DNA from: Magallana gigas
Lineage: Eukaryota
Length of the DNA: 64,000 bases
NCBI RefSeq assembly: GCF_963853765.1
Contig: NC_088856.1
Location: forward strand, 9,362,001-9,426,000
Reading direction: 5' to 3'
Shown here in pieces: positions 25,860-38,200 of this stretch (the first letter of the stretch is position 1; the number at the start of each line of letters is the position of its first letter). Under the pieces are notes generated by a model. It did no database searches and was not told where the DNA came from. It worked only from the letters and a program-made list of their open reading frames with translations. Made by a program: the position numbers and the translations under genes.

Positions 25860-26272
25860 ATAAAATCAGGAAAAAAGGGCTGGCCCCGTATTTAGGGACC
25901 AAGACACTCGTAAACTCTATTACGAATAACTTAGACATGATAAAGATTTTGTAATGCCTTATACTAGCAAAGTTGTTAATCCTAACAATATCTATCAGAA
26001 AAAATCACTACCACGCCCATTTATTACGTAATTAGAGATTTTTAGGGGCCAAAGTACTTACACTTTGACGCAATATATATAAAGAAGGATACACATGTTG
26101 TTAGGCAATGTAGAAAAGAAAATGTTTGCATTTATGATTCTGATCGATTTCACTAATCAAAACACCAATGTCTGTCCCCATTAACGATCTCGAGGGCTGA
26201 CGAACGTCATCATGGACGGACCGAGGTAACAACAATATTCCCGAACTTTCTTTAGAAAGTGCGGGTATAATA
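25860..26272 (+). mobile_element. 3' part of a Helentron/HINE-like element
   Basis: (ggac)n-like tract at ~26211 and terminal hairpin cccgaactttct-t-tagaaagtgcggg (26240-26265) followed by tataat. Left boundary uncertain. Confidence 0.5.
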
Positions 26273-26333
26273 ATCGTTTTAAGGTTGTAAGATGTTTTAG
26301 TTTTTATAGTTTTAATATTTTAATTATTTTCAT

Positions 26334-26491
26334 NNNNNNNNNNNNNNNNNNNNNNNNNNNNNNNNNNNNNNNNNNNNNNNNNNNNNNNNNNNNNNNNNNN
26401 NNNNNNNNNNNNNNNNNNNNNNNNNNNNNNNNNNNNNNNNNNNNNNNNNNNNNNNNNNNNNNNNNNNNNNNNNNNNNNNNNNNNNNNNNNN
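26334..26491. other. Assembly gap; probably hides the 5' splice acceptor of the first visible receptor-ROCO exon
   Basis: N run. Other gaps: 30312-30492, 34463-34596, 34637-34781, 41364-41501, 42352-42512. Confidence 0.95.
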
Positions 26492-26674
26492 TTCACTCTT
26501 ACCGATTTCCTGTATACCCTGTGGATAAATGTCCCTCAAATGAAGCAGACTTTGAAAAAGCAGCAAGAAGACTAAATTGTTCTGAACACTCACGATACCT
26601 GTGCTCTCCTGATAAATACCTATCAAACTTGATAGAATTCTGCACGGATCGCAAAAAAGGGCTCTATGGAAAAG
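26492..26674 (+). CDS. Receptor-ROCO exon A (ectodomain, 4 Cys)
   Basis: HSYRFPVYPVDKCPSNEADFEKAARRLNCSEHSRYLCSPDKYLSNLIEFCTDRKKGLYGK(G), donor gtacag, phase 1. Confidence 0.85.
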
Positions 26675-26742
26675 GTACAGAATTAATATAACTATTTAAT
26701 AAACATTAACAAATTATTTGAGGAGTATCCTTTAAGTCACGG

Positions 26743-26821
<79 letters not shown>

Positions 26822-29800
26822 TTTTCCGTTATCTATTTTTCTGTTTCTAATTTACTCTTTTCCCAAATATTCAGATATGATTTTCATTCTTAATTGCAAT
26901 GAATAAAACAAAATAATAATTCACCTAATCATAGCTGTAATCCAAGCACCATTTTAATGTATCCTTTAGTTTTATTAACTATTTTTGTAAAAACTCCTTC
27001 CGTTAAAGCAAAACCCTTTTCAGTAAGATGCAGCTGGTTTCGTGCAGAGTTGTATGATATTTCATTTGTGGAAGAACACGAGAAAACTAAATAAATTGTT
27101 TAGTGAAAAAAAGTGACAGTCAAGTCCGAACAATATATCTTCTAATAGGTTAAGGAGAAAACAATTTCCGTTACTCATTTTATTTTAAATATGACAGGTT
27201 TCTGTATCCTATTGGAGGGCACAGGCGACCTCAATCATTACAGCTGTGTAGAGCGATTTAATAGCAGTTGTCCTGATCTGCCATATTACGATGATGAACT
27301 CTATACAAGTAAGACAATTAATTGTCTTTCAATGTTAATCAAACAAAACGAAACATACATTAGTTGATTTAAAAGTAATTTATTTTCATTATTTCAAAAC
27401 ACATACGTAAGAATTGGCTAAATGTAGTCCCTCACAGAATTAACTTATACTTTAGATATACTTGAAGTTTACTAAGAAGTAAACCCCAAGTATAGTTTTA
27501 AAGTATGCTTCAAATATACTTAAGGTAATTTGAATTTGCATGAAAATTAGGTTTTGTTAAGAATAAGAAAGATATATTATATGATTAAAGTAAAAGTGAC
27601 TTATTCTTTTGTTGAGTATTGCTGACTTATACTTGATAGCCTACTTTGCATAAAAATCCAAAATATTTAAAGTATTCTATAAGTATACTTGCGACAGGAA
27701 GTACTTCACAATTTCATTTCATATTCTACCTATAGATAAATCAATTCAGCATTATACATAAGTAATATTGTACATAATTTGAAATTGTATTTTTCAAATT
27801 GTACAAAGACTGATGATCTGCTGAACCATGAAAAGTTGACAATTAATACATATAGCCAAAATAATTAAATGCGAAATTTTCCACAGCATTACACAATACT
27901 TATAGAAGGGATTTTTTAACAACATGCACACAACAATGACTATTGTAACTGCAATATTTTGCCAAAAACGTGAATAAAAGTGGAGTTGCTTATTAATTTA
28001 CATAGAAATAACTTACTCCTCAAACATTGATGCTAGCTCCTCAGTGTAAAGTATACGATGTACATGTGTGAAATATAAACTATTTAAATCCTCTTTCTAT
28101 ATATATATTTCCCATGCTATAACAAGTTAAAGTCCCCACCGCCTGTTTTTACTTCCTAGCAAGGCAAGTCCTGAATAATCATTTTTAACGTAAATTTTAA
28201 ATAAATTTTTATTTTAAGAAAATTCTTTATTAAGATTTGGTTCATTTGGTGTGCCTGGCACTTTTTAAGCAATTATTATTTTTGATGCATTTTTAAAGAA
28301 AAAAATCATGAAATGAAAATCTTGAAACTTTGTCATTTTTCATGATCAGTGTTATCTAAAGTTGATTCTGATAAAAAATATATAAATTGATCTATGAAGT
28401 ATAAAAGCATATTAACATTAATTTTAGATTAAACCTGATATATACTTAGCTTATAAGTGGTTTATATTTGGCTTATAGCCTTGATTAAAGTACAAATGCA
28501 GTACAAATATTTTATACTTAAAGTATACTTGAATATACTTACATCTATACTTGACTAAACCACCTAAACTATTGTACTTGAAGTATAAGTATAGTATAAA
28601 TAAGTTACACTTTAATATAAGTTGTATAACTTAATTCCGTCAGGGGTGTAATCGCATAGTCTATATTGCTTTTATCTACATAAACTTGTAATAGAGGCAA
28701 AACCACGGTACCTAGGTAATAGTATAGTGGTTTTCATTAAACTCAATAAATCTCAATGTCATCTTATAAATTGTTAGCTATTTCAAAAATTAAGTTTTCT
28801 TAGTTCTTACTCCAAATTTCGGTAATAATTGAGATACTCTATTTAAACCAAAGTTTATTTTATATCGACGATTAAGAAATATTCCAACTTGACTAACTAT
28901 TCATGAGTGTCACAATTAATCTATACCTAGATTTTGATAATAAAAAAAAGGCTAAGGATTAATACGCTTATAATCGTGAATGAAATAAAGTACAAAATTA
29001 AACACATGTACAAAACGATTAAGTTATAGAACCTTTACTTTACCACCATGCGTATCAAGTAAGCCTGCCTTTTTAATATCGTTAACCAAGTAACCGAAAC
29101 CCAAAGCCAACACACTTAGCAAGGACTTAACACTACAACTATTATAACAATTTCCCAAAGTAAAAGAAATAGAACAATGATAACAAATGCGAGATATAAC
29201 AATGAACAGGTGATGCCATGAATTTAACAGTGAACGAGACAGGAGACTAGGGTCTAACTATCAACCTTAGGAGGCGAGCCGAATCGAACCTTAATAAAAG
29301 TTTCACGTCAACTGCTAGACTAAAGCTTATCCTCACACTTTATACACTTTGCGCTCTGGAGTAATGTTTTGTACAAACAATTTGAACGACAGAATGAAAT
29401 GTCATGATAACGAACAGAGTGTAAAATCAAAAGTCCAGAAGAAAAATACAATACAGGAGCAGAGCAAACACGGATCTCTACACGATTAAAAGTAGGATCA
29501 GGTGCCATGAGTGAGTATCCTCTGCTGACCGTTCACACCTACCGTTTGCTCTTTGTAGTAAAAGAGAAAACGGAAATATCCGCAGACAAATAGGTATTTA
29601 ATAATGGTCAAACAATAAGTAGGAAAAACGTCAGCTTCCCTTTGACCCAGCGGAAGGTCATATTTCAGACAAGATCGTTGTATCTGTCATAGAACTTACG
29701 TAATGCTGACTTCAATCGAGACTGTTGATAATCTTGTTTTGTTCAGGAGCTTGCCTAGCTTTAATGTATTAGTATCTCAAATAGTGTATTCCGAAATCGC

Positions 29801-30024
29801 TCTGCATAACAATGACACTTTCCGCATGTAAAATAAGTGATAACAACCAATCATACTATCGTTTAGTTTAGCATATAAAATGGATAAGCATGTCCTTAGC
29901 ATTTATACATGCTTAATAAAATACTATTATAGTAATTAAAAGTTAGGACATCACAGTTTGTCAGGCCACAAGACGGAAGGTAGAAAGGACTGACTGACAG
30001 ACAGAGACATATATACCAGTTTAT

Positions 30025-30108
<84 letters not shown>

Positions 30109-30229
30109 CATACAACTTATTGTGAGAAATGATAAAAAACTGCACAAAGGACTATATATGATATGGGCCTAAAATGCCCCCCCCCCTAAAATGAACATCA
30201 TCATTTTACTATAATTCTTTGTTTTCTTA

Positions 30230-30307
<78 letters not shown>

Positions 30308-33300
30308 CGTGNNNNNNNNNNNNNNNNNNNNNNNNNNNNNNNNNNNNNNNNNNNNNNNNNNNNNNNNNNNNNNNNNNNNNNNNNNNNNNNNNNNNNNNNN
30401 NNNNNNNNNNNNNNNNNNNNNNNNNNNNNNNNNNNNNNNNNNNNNNNNNNNNNNNNNNNNNNNNNNNNNNNNNNNNNNNNNNNNNNNNNNNNTGGTTCAA
30501 GTGCCCACAATTTAGTAATATGATATTGTAAAGACAACCTTTCTTGCTATTTTTGCATTTTTAGCATGAAACAGCTTGCTTTCAAGCAGTTATTTTTTCA
30601 GAAAACAAAGAGCGCATGCTTGAACAAACAAAATATTTTAAGCTGAGATGTATCTAACAAAGACTAATAAGTAACAAAAAAATTGTCGTTGTTCAAGCAT
30701 GCTCTATATTTCCCATTCGTAAGAAGATAAGAACAATTTTTGGCTGATTTTGATTGAATTATAGAAAGAGCGTCACTTCTCTCAAACATATACTGCCAGT
30801 GAGTGTATATATTTCATATCAACTCTTCAAAAAAAAATAAGTTAACATTTTATTGTACCCAAAGCACTTAAAAAATGTTAAATTATTGGGGCCAAATTGA
30901 ACTCATATCATATATAGTTCTTTAAAACAATTTCAATATTGAAATAATGCGTACATTTTTCAGGTCGACAAACAAAAGAGTTTAACAATTGGCAATAAAG
31001 TATTACATATCAAAATCACTAAGATATGTTTGACTGTGTTCTTTAAGAAAACTTGCCTCTTTTCTTTTTTTAGATCCAGCCTGTTTAGCGATCAACAAAG
31101 ACCTTCGCTGTTTTGTTGCTGACAGTGATTGCAAAGAGAAGTATAGTTTTTAGTCGAAAACATTTGTTTATACTTTTATTGGTACAGTTTATATGTACAT
31201 TTTAAAATAATATGTTTTATCACTGTTTTCAATTGTAGATCACATTCCTCTGAAGTGAAGACTGATAAATGGTTTTTAATTGTTGTTGTCTTTATGATTT
31301 GTTGTGCAATAGTGTTTGCAGTATATTGTGGTCTGATTCTTCATAAAAAAAGAAAAAAAGGTACAAAACTAAGTATATCAATTATTTATTTATCAAATAA
31401 ACTTCATGGCCGAAAATAATATTTTGACACTTCGGATTGTTTTGCAATTAATTGCCATTAAAACAACCTTTTAAAGTATACTAGTATACATCTACTTAAT
31501 TTTCACTATATAAAAGAGTAAATCGATCCCCTGAAAATCATTATGATTTATAAACAGACCGGTTCCCCGCACTGACTGAGTTTCTGCAAAAAAGATTTTC
31601 GGAACACCTATGAATTTCTGTAAACCTAAGAAAAAGTTTTGAAATTTTACGAATTCACAACCATATGATATTTATCTTGTTGCATTGTCCTTTTTGATTG
31701 GCTATACTTATTCATCTTTAGTGTATATCATAATTTTCCTATGGCACAATACGACGCGTGTGCAATTTGATTTGATTTTTTTTTTTACGTTAAGACTTTA
31801 AAAATGCACAAAATCTTAGAATTATGTTGATTTGAATTTTTTTCTGAATGATTACATCAGAATAATTACCAAGTTAAAGCTTTGTCTTAGGAAATACACT
31901 TGCGCGCGGGGAACTTGAACCGGCTCCCTCATGCTTGTATACTTTAATTGAATAAATTAATATATATAAATCGAAGCATTAAAAGTTCCTTTTAAGGATG
32001 ACGTTTACTCAGAATGAAAAAAAAATCCACTGATGATAATGAAAAACCATCTATTGTGTGTTATAGACCTTTGCTTGTATTGTTATTTTTCACTTTCAGA
32101 AAAGTAGGTCAATGACCTACTTTTTGAGTTAATGGCCATTGAATATTTATTGAAAATTCAAGAAAAATCCCATAAAATTTTACACTACGATTGAGATTTT
32201 CTTAATTATAAAAATATTACAAATAATTAAACACTTTAAAAAATAAGATACAGTTTACGAATGGTAGTGGCAATATATAAGTATACAACATTAAGATTTC
32301 AGCATCAATTTTTAAAAATAATTCAATCCGAATTTCCTCTATCAGTTTTAAAATTCCTACCCATTTTTGATTCAATTTTACAAAAAATTGAATGATGATA
32401 ATACAAAAACATTTATGATATTGAACTACTTATATTGACCTTATTCTGTTGGCATAAAATTTATATGAGGTCAATGATCAAAATTTTGAGATATGATGTC
32501 TTTTATCGTTTTTAAGCATTTTTCAATATTATTATTATTCGTGCCATAAGATTATTTTAATGAAAAAGTGAGGTAAAACCAACGGAAAATATGCAAAATT
32601 ACGTAGACTTAAATATAAAATCCTAACTTTTAATATTAGACTACTGCCAAAAAACTTTTAGCAGAAAACAAAATCTGCAAAATTTAGTCCGAATTTCCTC
32701 TGTTTGGCTAAAAGTCAAATTTTGTTTGAGCATAATTCCATAATAAAGTAAAACTATTGAATGTTTTGTCAATAATAATTCATTTCATAAATACTTTTTG
32801 TGTTTAGAACAAATTTTACTCATTGCATTGAACTTTTTAACAATCGGAATTTGAGAACTCAAACCCTGAGTAAATAACACCCTTAATCAGACCTACAGCC
32901 AGTAATGTAACAAAGTGTGCTTATTATATAAACCTCCTCATGGGATAAAGCCTTTATTTATATTCAGTTATTGATTATGTCTTCTAATCTTAATTTAAAA
33001 TTTATAAAAGCAGGTCAATTAATTATCATATCGACTGTAAATATTTTTTTTATATTGTTATTTACTTCTTAAAATGTTTATAACAAGTATTATAATTCAG
33101 ATATTTTTTATTTGTTATACCTCTTCAATTCACTAATTATATACTTAGTAAATTATTATATACATGTAAATGATTACAGCTAGATATGTACACAATACTA
33201 TATACATAAAGATCATGTAACTTGAGCTATCTTGCATGTACAATGAGAGGATATAATACTTAATGCCTGGTGTCCAATCCAATTCAATATAATCAATAAG

Positions 33301-35177
33301 ATATGTTTAAGAGAAAGCAAAGTTTTAAGTAACTGTTTCCGACCAGTTACATGAGCTGAATCGTAAATAAAAATCTATGGGTGAAAAAAAGTATAATCAT
33401 GTTCAAATTTTCCAGATAAAGAAAATATAAATACCAATGAATTGAGAGACTTTCTTGGAAAGGGACTTCTTGACATTATACATATTAGGGGAATCATTGT
33501 TGGTTGCACTGGAGCAGGGAAAAGCACTCTGTTCATGAGACTTCAGGATATGTGGTGGAAAGATACGATGAAGATAAATTCAACAAAAATAGCAGATGTG
33601 CATGTTAATAGCTTCGAACTTTTGAGGAAGAAAAAGACTATAAGAGGTACATGTAATAGGTCAAAATGATAAATTAATACTGGTTATTGGTTAGAAACCC
33701 TCATTTTTGTTATTTCAGCATTAAAAAATAAGATCTATTTAACTGATTCAACCAATATTCAAACATGCTAAAAAATTGCAATTTAAACAGCACGAATAAA
33801 CATACTTTTGCTAAACAACTATCTACGCCTGTAAAAAGTTATAGTGCTTTATTGCAGTTACAAAAGGCAGAAAGGCCAACAGAAATCAAACAATTACTTT
33901 TTCCAAGAAAGATATGCTAGAATCTCAAAAGAAAAAAAAAGGTCATACTGAACGTACAAACCATGACGATAAATGCAGTTTTGAAAAAGACGTAAGTACA
34001 CCACTTTTAAATAAAATCGAAGAAAAATCGACATCTATGCAAGAAGTTGACTTCGAACAACCCTCACATCCTCAGGAACCACAGACGCATACATGTAATA
34101 AGGAAACTCCTAATGGTGCGGATATCATGGACATTTCTTTGGAAGAAACACGTAGTACCAATGATGACCCAATGTCAAAAATTATGGATGCTGTTAAAAA
34201 AATACCAAAGGAGAACCAGAAACATCCAAGAATAACGTTTTTGGATTTTGGAGGACAAAGCATGTACTATGCATTCCATCAAATTTTTCTCAGTCCTAAA
34301 ACATTTTATATTCTAGTTGTGGATATGACAAAAAGACCTGATGAAAAAGTTCATGAAACAGAAGATAAATGCGGAGGCCGCTTTTTAACGTGGACGTATA
34401 AAGGTAACCTAATAAAAAAATTTGTAAATGTTCAGGCTAAACATTATCTAAAGAACATATACNNNNNNNNNNNNNNNNNNNNNNNNNNNNNNNNNNNNNN
34501 NNNNNNNNNNNNNNNNNNNNNNNNNNNNNNNNNNNNNNNNNNNNNNNNNNNNNNNNNNNNNNNNNNNNNNNNNNNNNNNNNNNNNNNNNNNNNNNNAATA
34601 TAAAAATATATCTGACACTAAAGATAACGAGTGTTGNNNNNNNNNNNNNNNNNNNNNNNNNNNNNNNNNNNNNNNNNNNNNNNNNNNNNNNNNNNNNNNN
34701 NNNNNNNNNNNNNNNNNNNNNNNNNNNNNNNNNNNNNNNNNNNNNNNNNNNNNNNNNNNNNNNNNNNNNNNNNNNNNNNNNTTGGTTGACATCGATTGAC
34801 AGTTTCAGTGATATCAATACACCAGTCATCGTTGTTGGCACCCATGCTGAACACAAATCCGAAGAAGTAAGACATATAATAAAGAAAACATTTATTTGTT
34901 TCTCAAAAACCTATTTGCTGCTATATTCAACTAGAATGGGAGTTGCATGCACATTAAAAACTTTTTAGAACTGGTTGTGGAAATGGTGTTATCTTTTTTC
35001 TTATGTCTTGTCTTTTATCTCATGTTTTTTTAATTGGAAGAAATGCAATTATTTAAAAAAGCAACGTAAGAGAACGTATAAAAAGCACTAAAGGAAAGCA
35101 TTAGTACTTAACTCCTATTTCGAAATCATGTTTTGTTGTCGAAAGTTAAAGTCGATGACGTCATATCACCTTCTAAA

Positions 35178-35228
<51 letters not shown>

Positions 35229-38200
35229 CATTTTTTTTTTTGCTTGAAATAAAAAAAAAACTTTATTTACTTCAATATTAAATAGTCTTATAAAAATCAA
35301 AATATATAATTTGTTGTTTAAAGAGTTAAAAAAACTGCTAAAAATTGTTTTTTAGATACATTACATTACAATGTGCATAATTGACAACAAATCTTTTGAT
35401 TTATGATCAGAAGTCTTATTTTCTACCTGGGTATCAATAACTTAGATTCAAGTTAAACTTCATAAAAATGTATGATCAAAATTAAATGTTTATTCTCCAC
35501 CCCGCAAGGCTACCCAATCAAATCTTACTCATAAGACTAAAAGTCTCTTAATTCTTACATTTGTACAGTAGCAAATCTTTAATCATTTCTTGATTGGTAT
35601 ATTTCTGTAAATGCACATTAAAATTTTGAAAATTGGTTTTAAATATTTTTTAAATTCATCTTTAAGCATAAACACACTGTTACAGTATATATATTCAGGG
35701 CATTTATAAATTCTCATACACAAAGCATCACTAGGCTAGGAATTGCCCACATTGGTCTAACACTTCTTATGAATGAGATAAAATATTTCATTATGTCCAG
35801 TTCTGGAAAGTCAGGCTGTCTCAAAGTGACCATAACCTATACACTATTTGATGTGCAATGACACAAAAAGCAAAATAGTTCACCTTTTTAGAAAGTGAAA
35901 GAAATACTTACATATACCGTTGTCTCATATTATTGGGCTACTACATATTGTACATGTATTATGCTTACCTGTATTGGAAAACATCATAATAATATACAAA
36001 TTAGAGCACGCTATGAATTCCGTAAGCTGATCTCCACAAAAGAAAGGTTTATGATTAGTGATTTATCCTATTCTGCATATCGAAAACACATATGTACCTA
36101 AACAACCTGAAACCCTATAGCCTAAGATGTTAACGCACAAAAGCAAATCTAGTGCTGATTTTAGTAATAATTATATAGACAATATTTATATGACTTGAAA
36201 TGTGAATATTTGTACATATAAAAAGGCCAATAATGTGTATTTATGAAAAACACAATTGTTCATAACCTACCATATATAACATTTGGCCTTCTTTTTAACA
36301 AAAATTGTAATAATGGTGTTTTTTATAGGCAAACGTTTGGTGCGGGTTTTGCTGTAAGTGTCACTAAATGGTTTATCTTGGTCAGTTAAGGACTCGATAG
36401 TGCAGTAAACAAAGTTTGACCACCCTATTGTTTAGGTAACAATTACGCTAGCTCCAATATGGCCTAAAATTAAAACAAGTACAAGCTTCTAAAACATTTA
36501 ATCATAAAGCAAGAATCCCTTAAAGTTCTTTGCATGTTGCCAATAATATTTTATATACCAAATTTTAATTCAATTCTGATTTTCAAGAAACTAATAACAA
36601 CAGAATAAGTATTATGGTCAAAGGTGTAACCAAGATTGTACCAAACTTTGTAAATTACGAAAAATAAAATCTCGTTTACATAATTGTTAATACTGGTTTC
36701 TCTATCTTGATTATAACTGGACTTTTGAGTTTAGATAAACAGAAGAAATTATTAAATGTTGCTTTGATAAGAATGAAATACGACTTTTATATCATTCATA
36801 ACCGAAATCCCTATTAAACTCACAATCGAAATTAAACTGACGAGTTTAAACAATATGCTCAGAAGAGGTATCATTCACGTTTGAGTGAAAAAAATGAAGT
36901 AATTGATTATTAATCAATTATTTGTTATAAAAATATCAAATACTGTAAAATATAATAATGTATGATATCAAACAATATTGTACAAAATGATAAATTAAAT
37001 GTATAAAATAATATAATTGTATTATATGATATTGTATCGTATGATATTGTTATGTACAATATTGTATGCAATCATACAATGGTATATAAAATGGCATTGT
37101 ATCATATGGTTTTGTAATGTGTGATATTGTACAATACATGGTAATGAATAATATGCGTTTTGTTTTCTCGAGGACTTTCATGTAAAACAATAATTCATAA
37201 AAAAAAAAACCGATGAACTACGTTAATCCATAAAAGTTCCCTTACATTTCGTGCATGTTTTAAATTAAACTGTTAAAAATTATAATTCCTACCTATTGAA
37301 TACGCTTTGCAGATTTTCCATGCACTAATATTTAATTGCAATGTTTTGTTAGTTGTCAATTATGATCGTTTTCTCCCATTCCTCCGCAGAAGTTTGAGCA
37401 TATCTCAACGTTGTCATTCTCTACGGATCCAGATTCAATATAAAGGGCAACTATTCTCATTTAAAAGTAAAACCAACGGGCAACAACTACTCTAGATATT
37501 TTAAGAACATACAAAACGCAGTTTCTGTATTAGATAATGAAAAAACTCGGTGAGCTTTGTAGTCTATGCATACAAATGTTTGATCTTAGTCTAACTACCA
37601 CTATATTTATGCTTCTCTTGTCAAAGGATAACAGCGATCAAAAGACAGCTTTCTCTTGTTATGGCCTGGGGCCTGTCAGAGGTGTTTTAAGATTAACCAC
37701 AGGGTGAACTGTTTTTAATATTAGTCAGATAACAAAAACTGTTGCACGGCCTGATTTTTAAAAAATACGTTATTTGTTGTATTTGGACATTTACAGATGG
37801 TTTTATTAGATAACTAGATAATATATTTACTACTTGTAGGAATGCAGAGCTTTCTTTGACGAGTTCTTTGCAATATTTGAGGGAAAAGAATATCTTAAAA
37901 GACATTTGCATACTAAAAGAAGATTTGCCATCAAGTTTCCATCTAAAGGGCCAAAATTGCAGAAGCTAACTAGGATCAAAAACTGCATTGCTCGACTTGT
38001 CGAGAAATCACTTTCGCAACAATGGAAGGAGACAATTCGACCTGCCTGCGCAATACTTGAATATATCTTACTAAAACAAAAACATCTTAAGATTATATCG
38101 AGAGAAGCATTGTCAGAAAAAAATAAAACTTTAGATGCTGAATTTAGGTTATCTGAGAGTGAAATTACAGAAATGTTAATATTCCTAAATAGAGTTGGTT

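Noticed and set aside
32100-32760. Apparent ~360-bp periodicity (ggtcaatga, tccgaatttcctct each twice)
   Set aside because: Intervening sequence did not align convincingly by eye.
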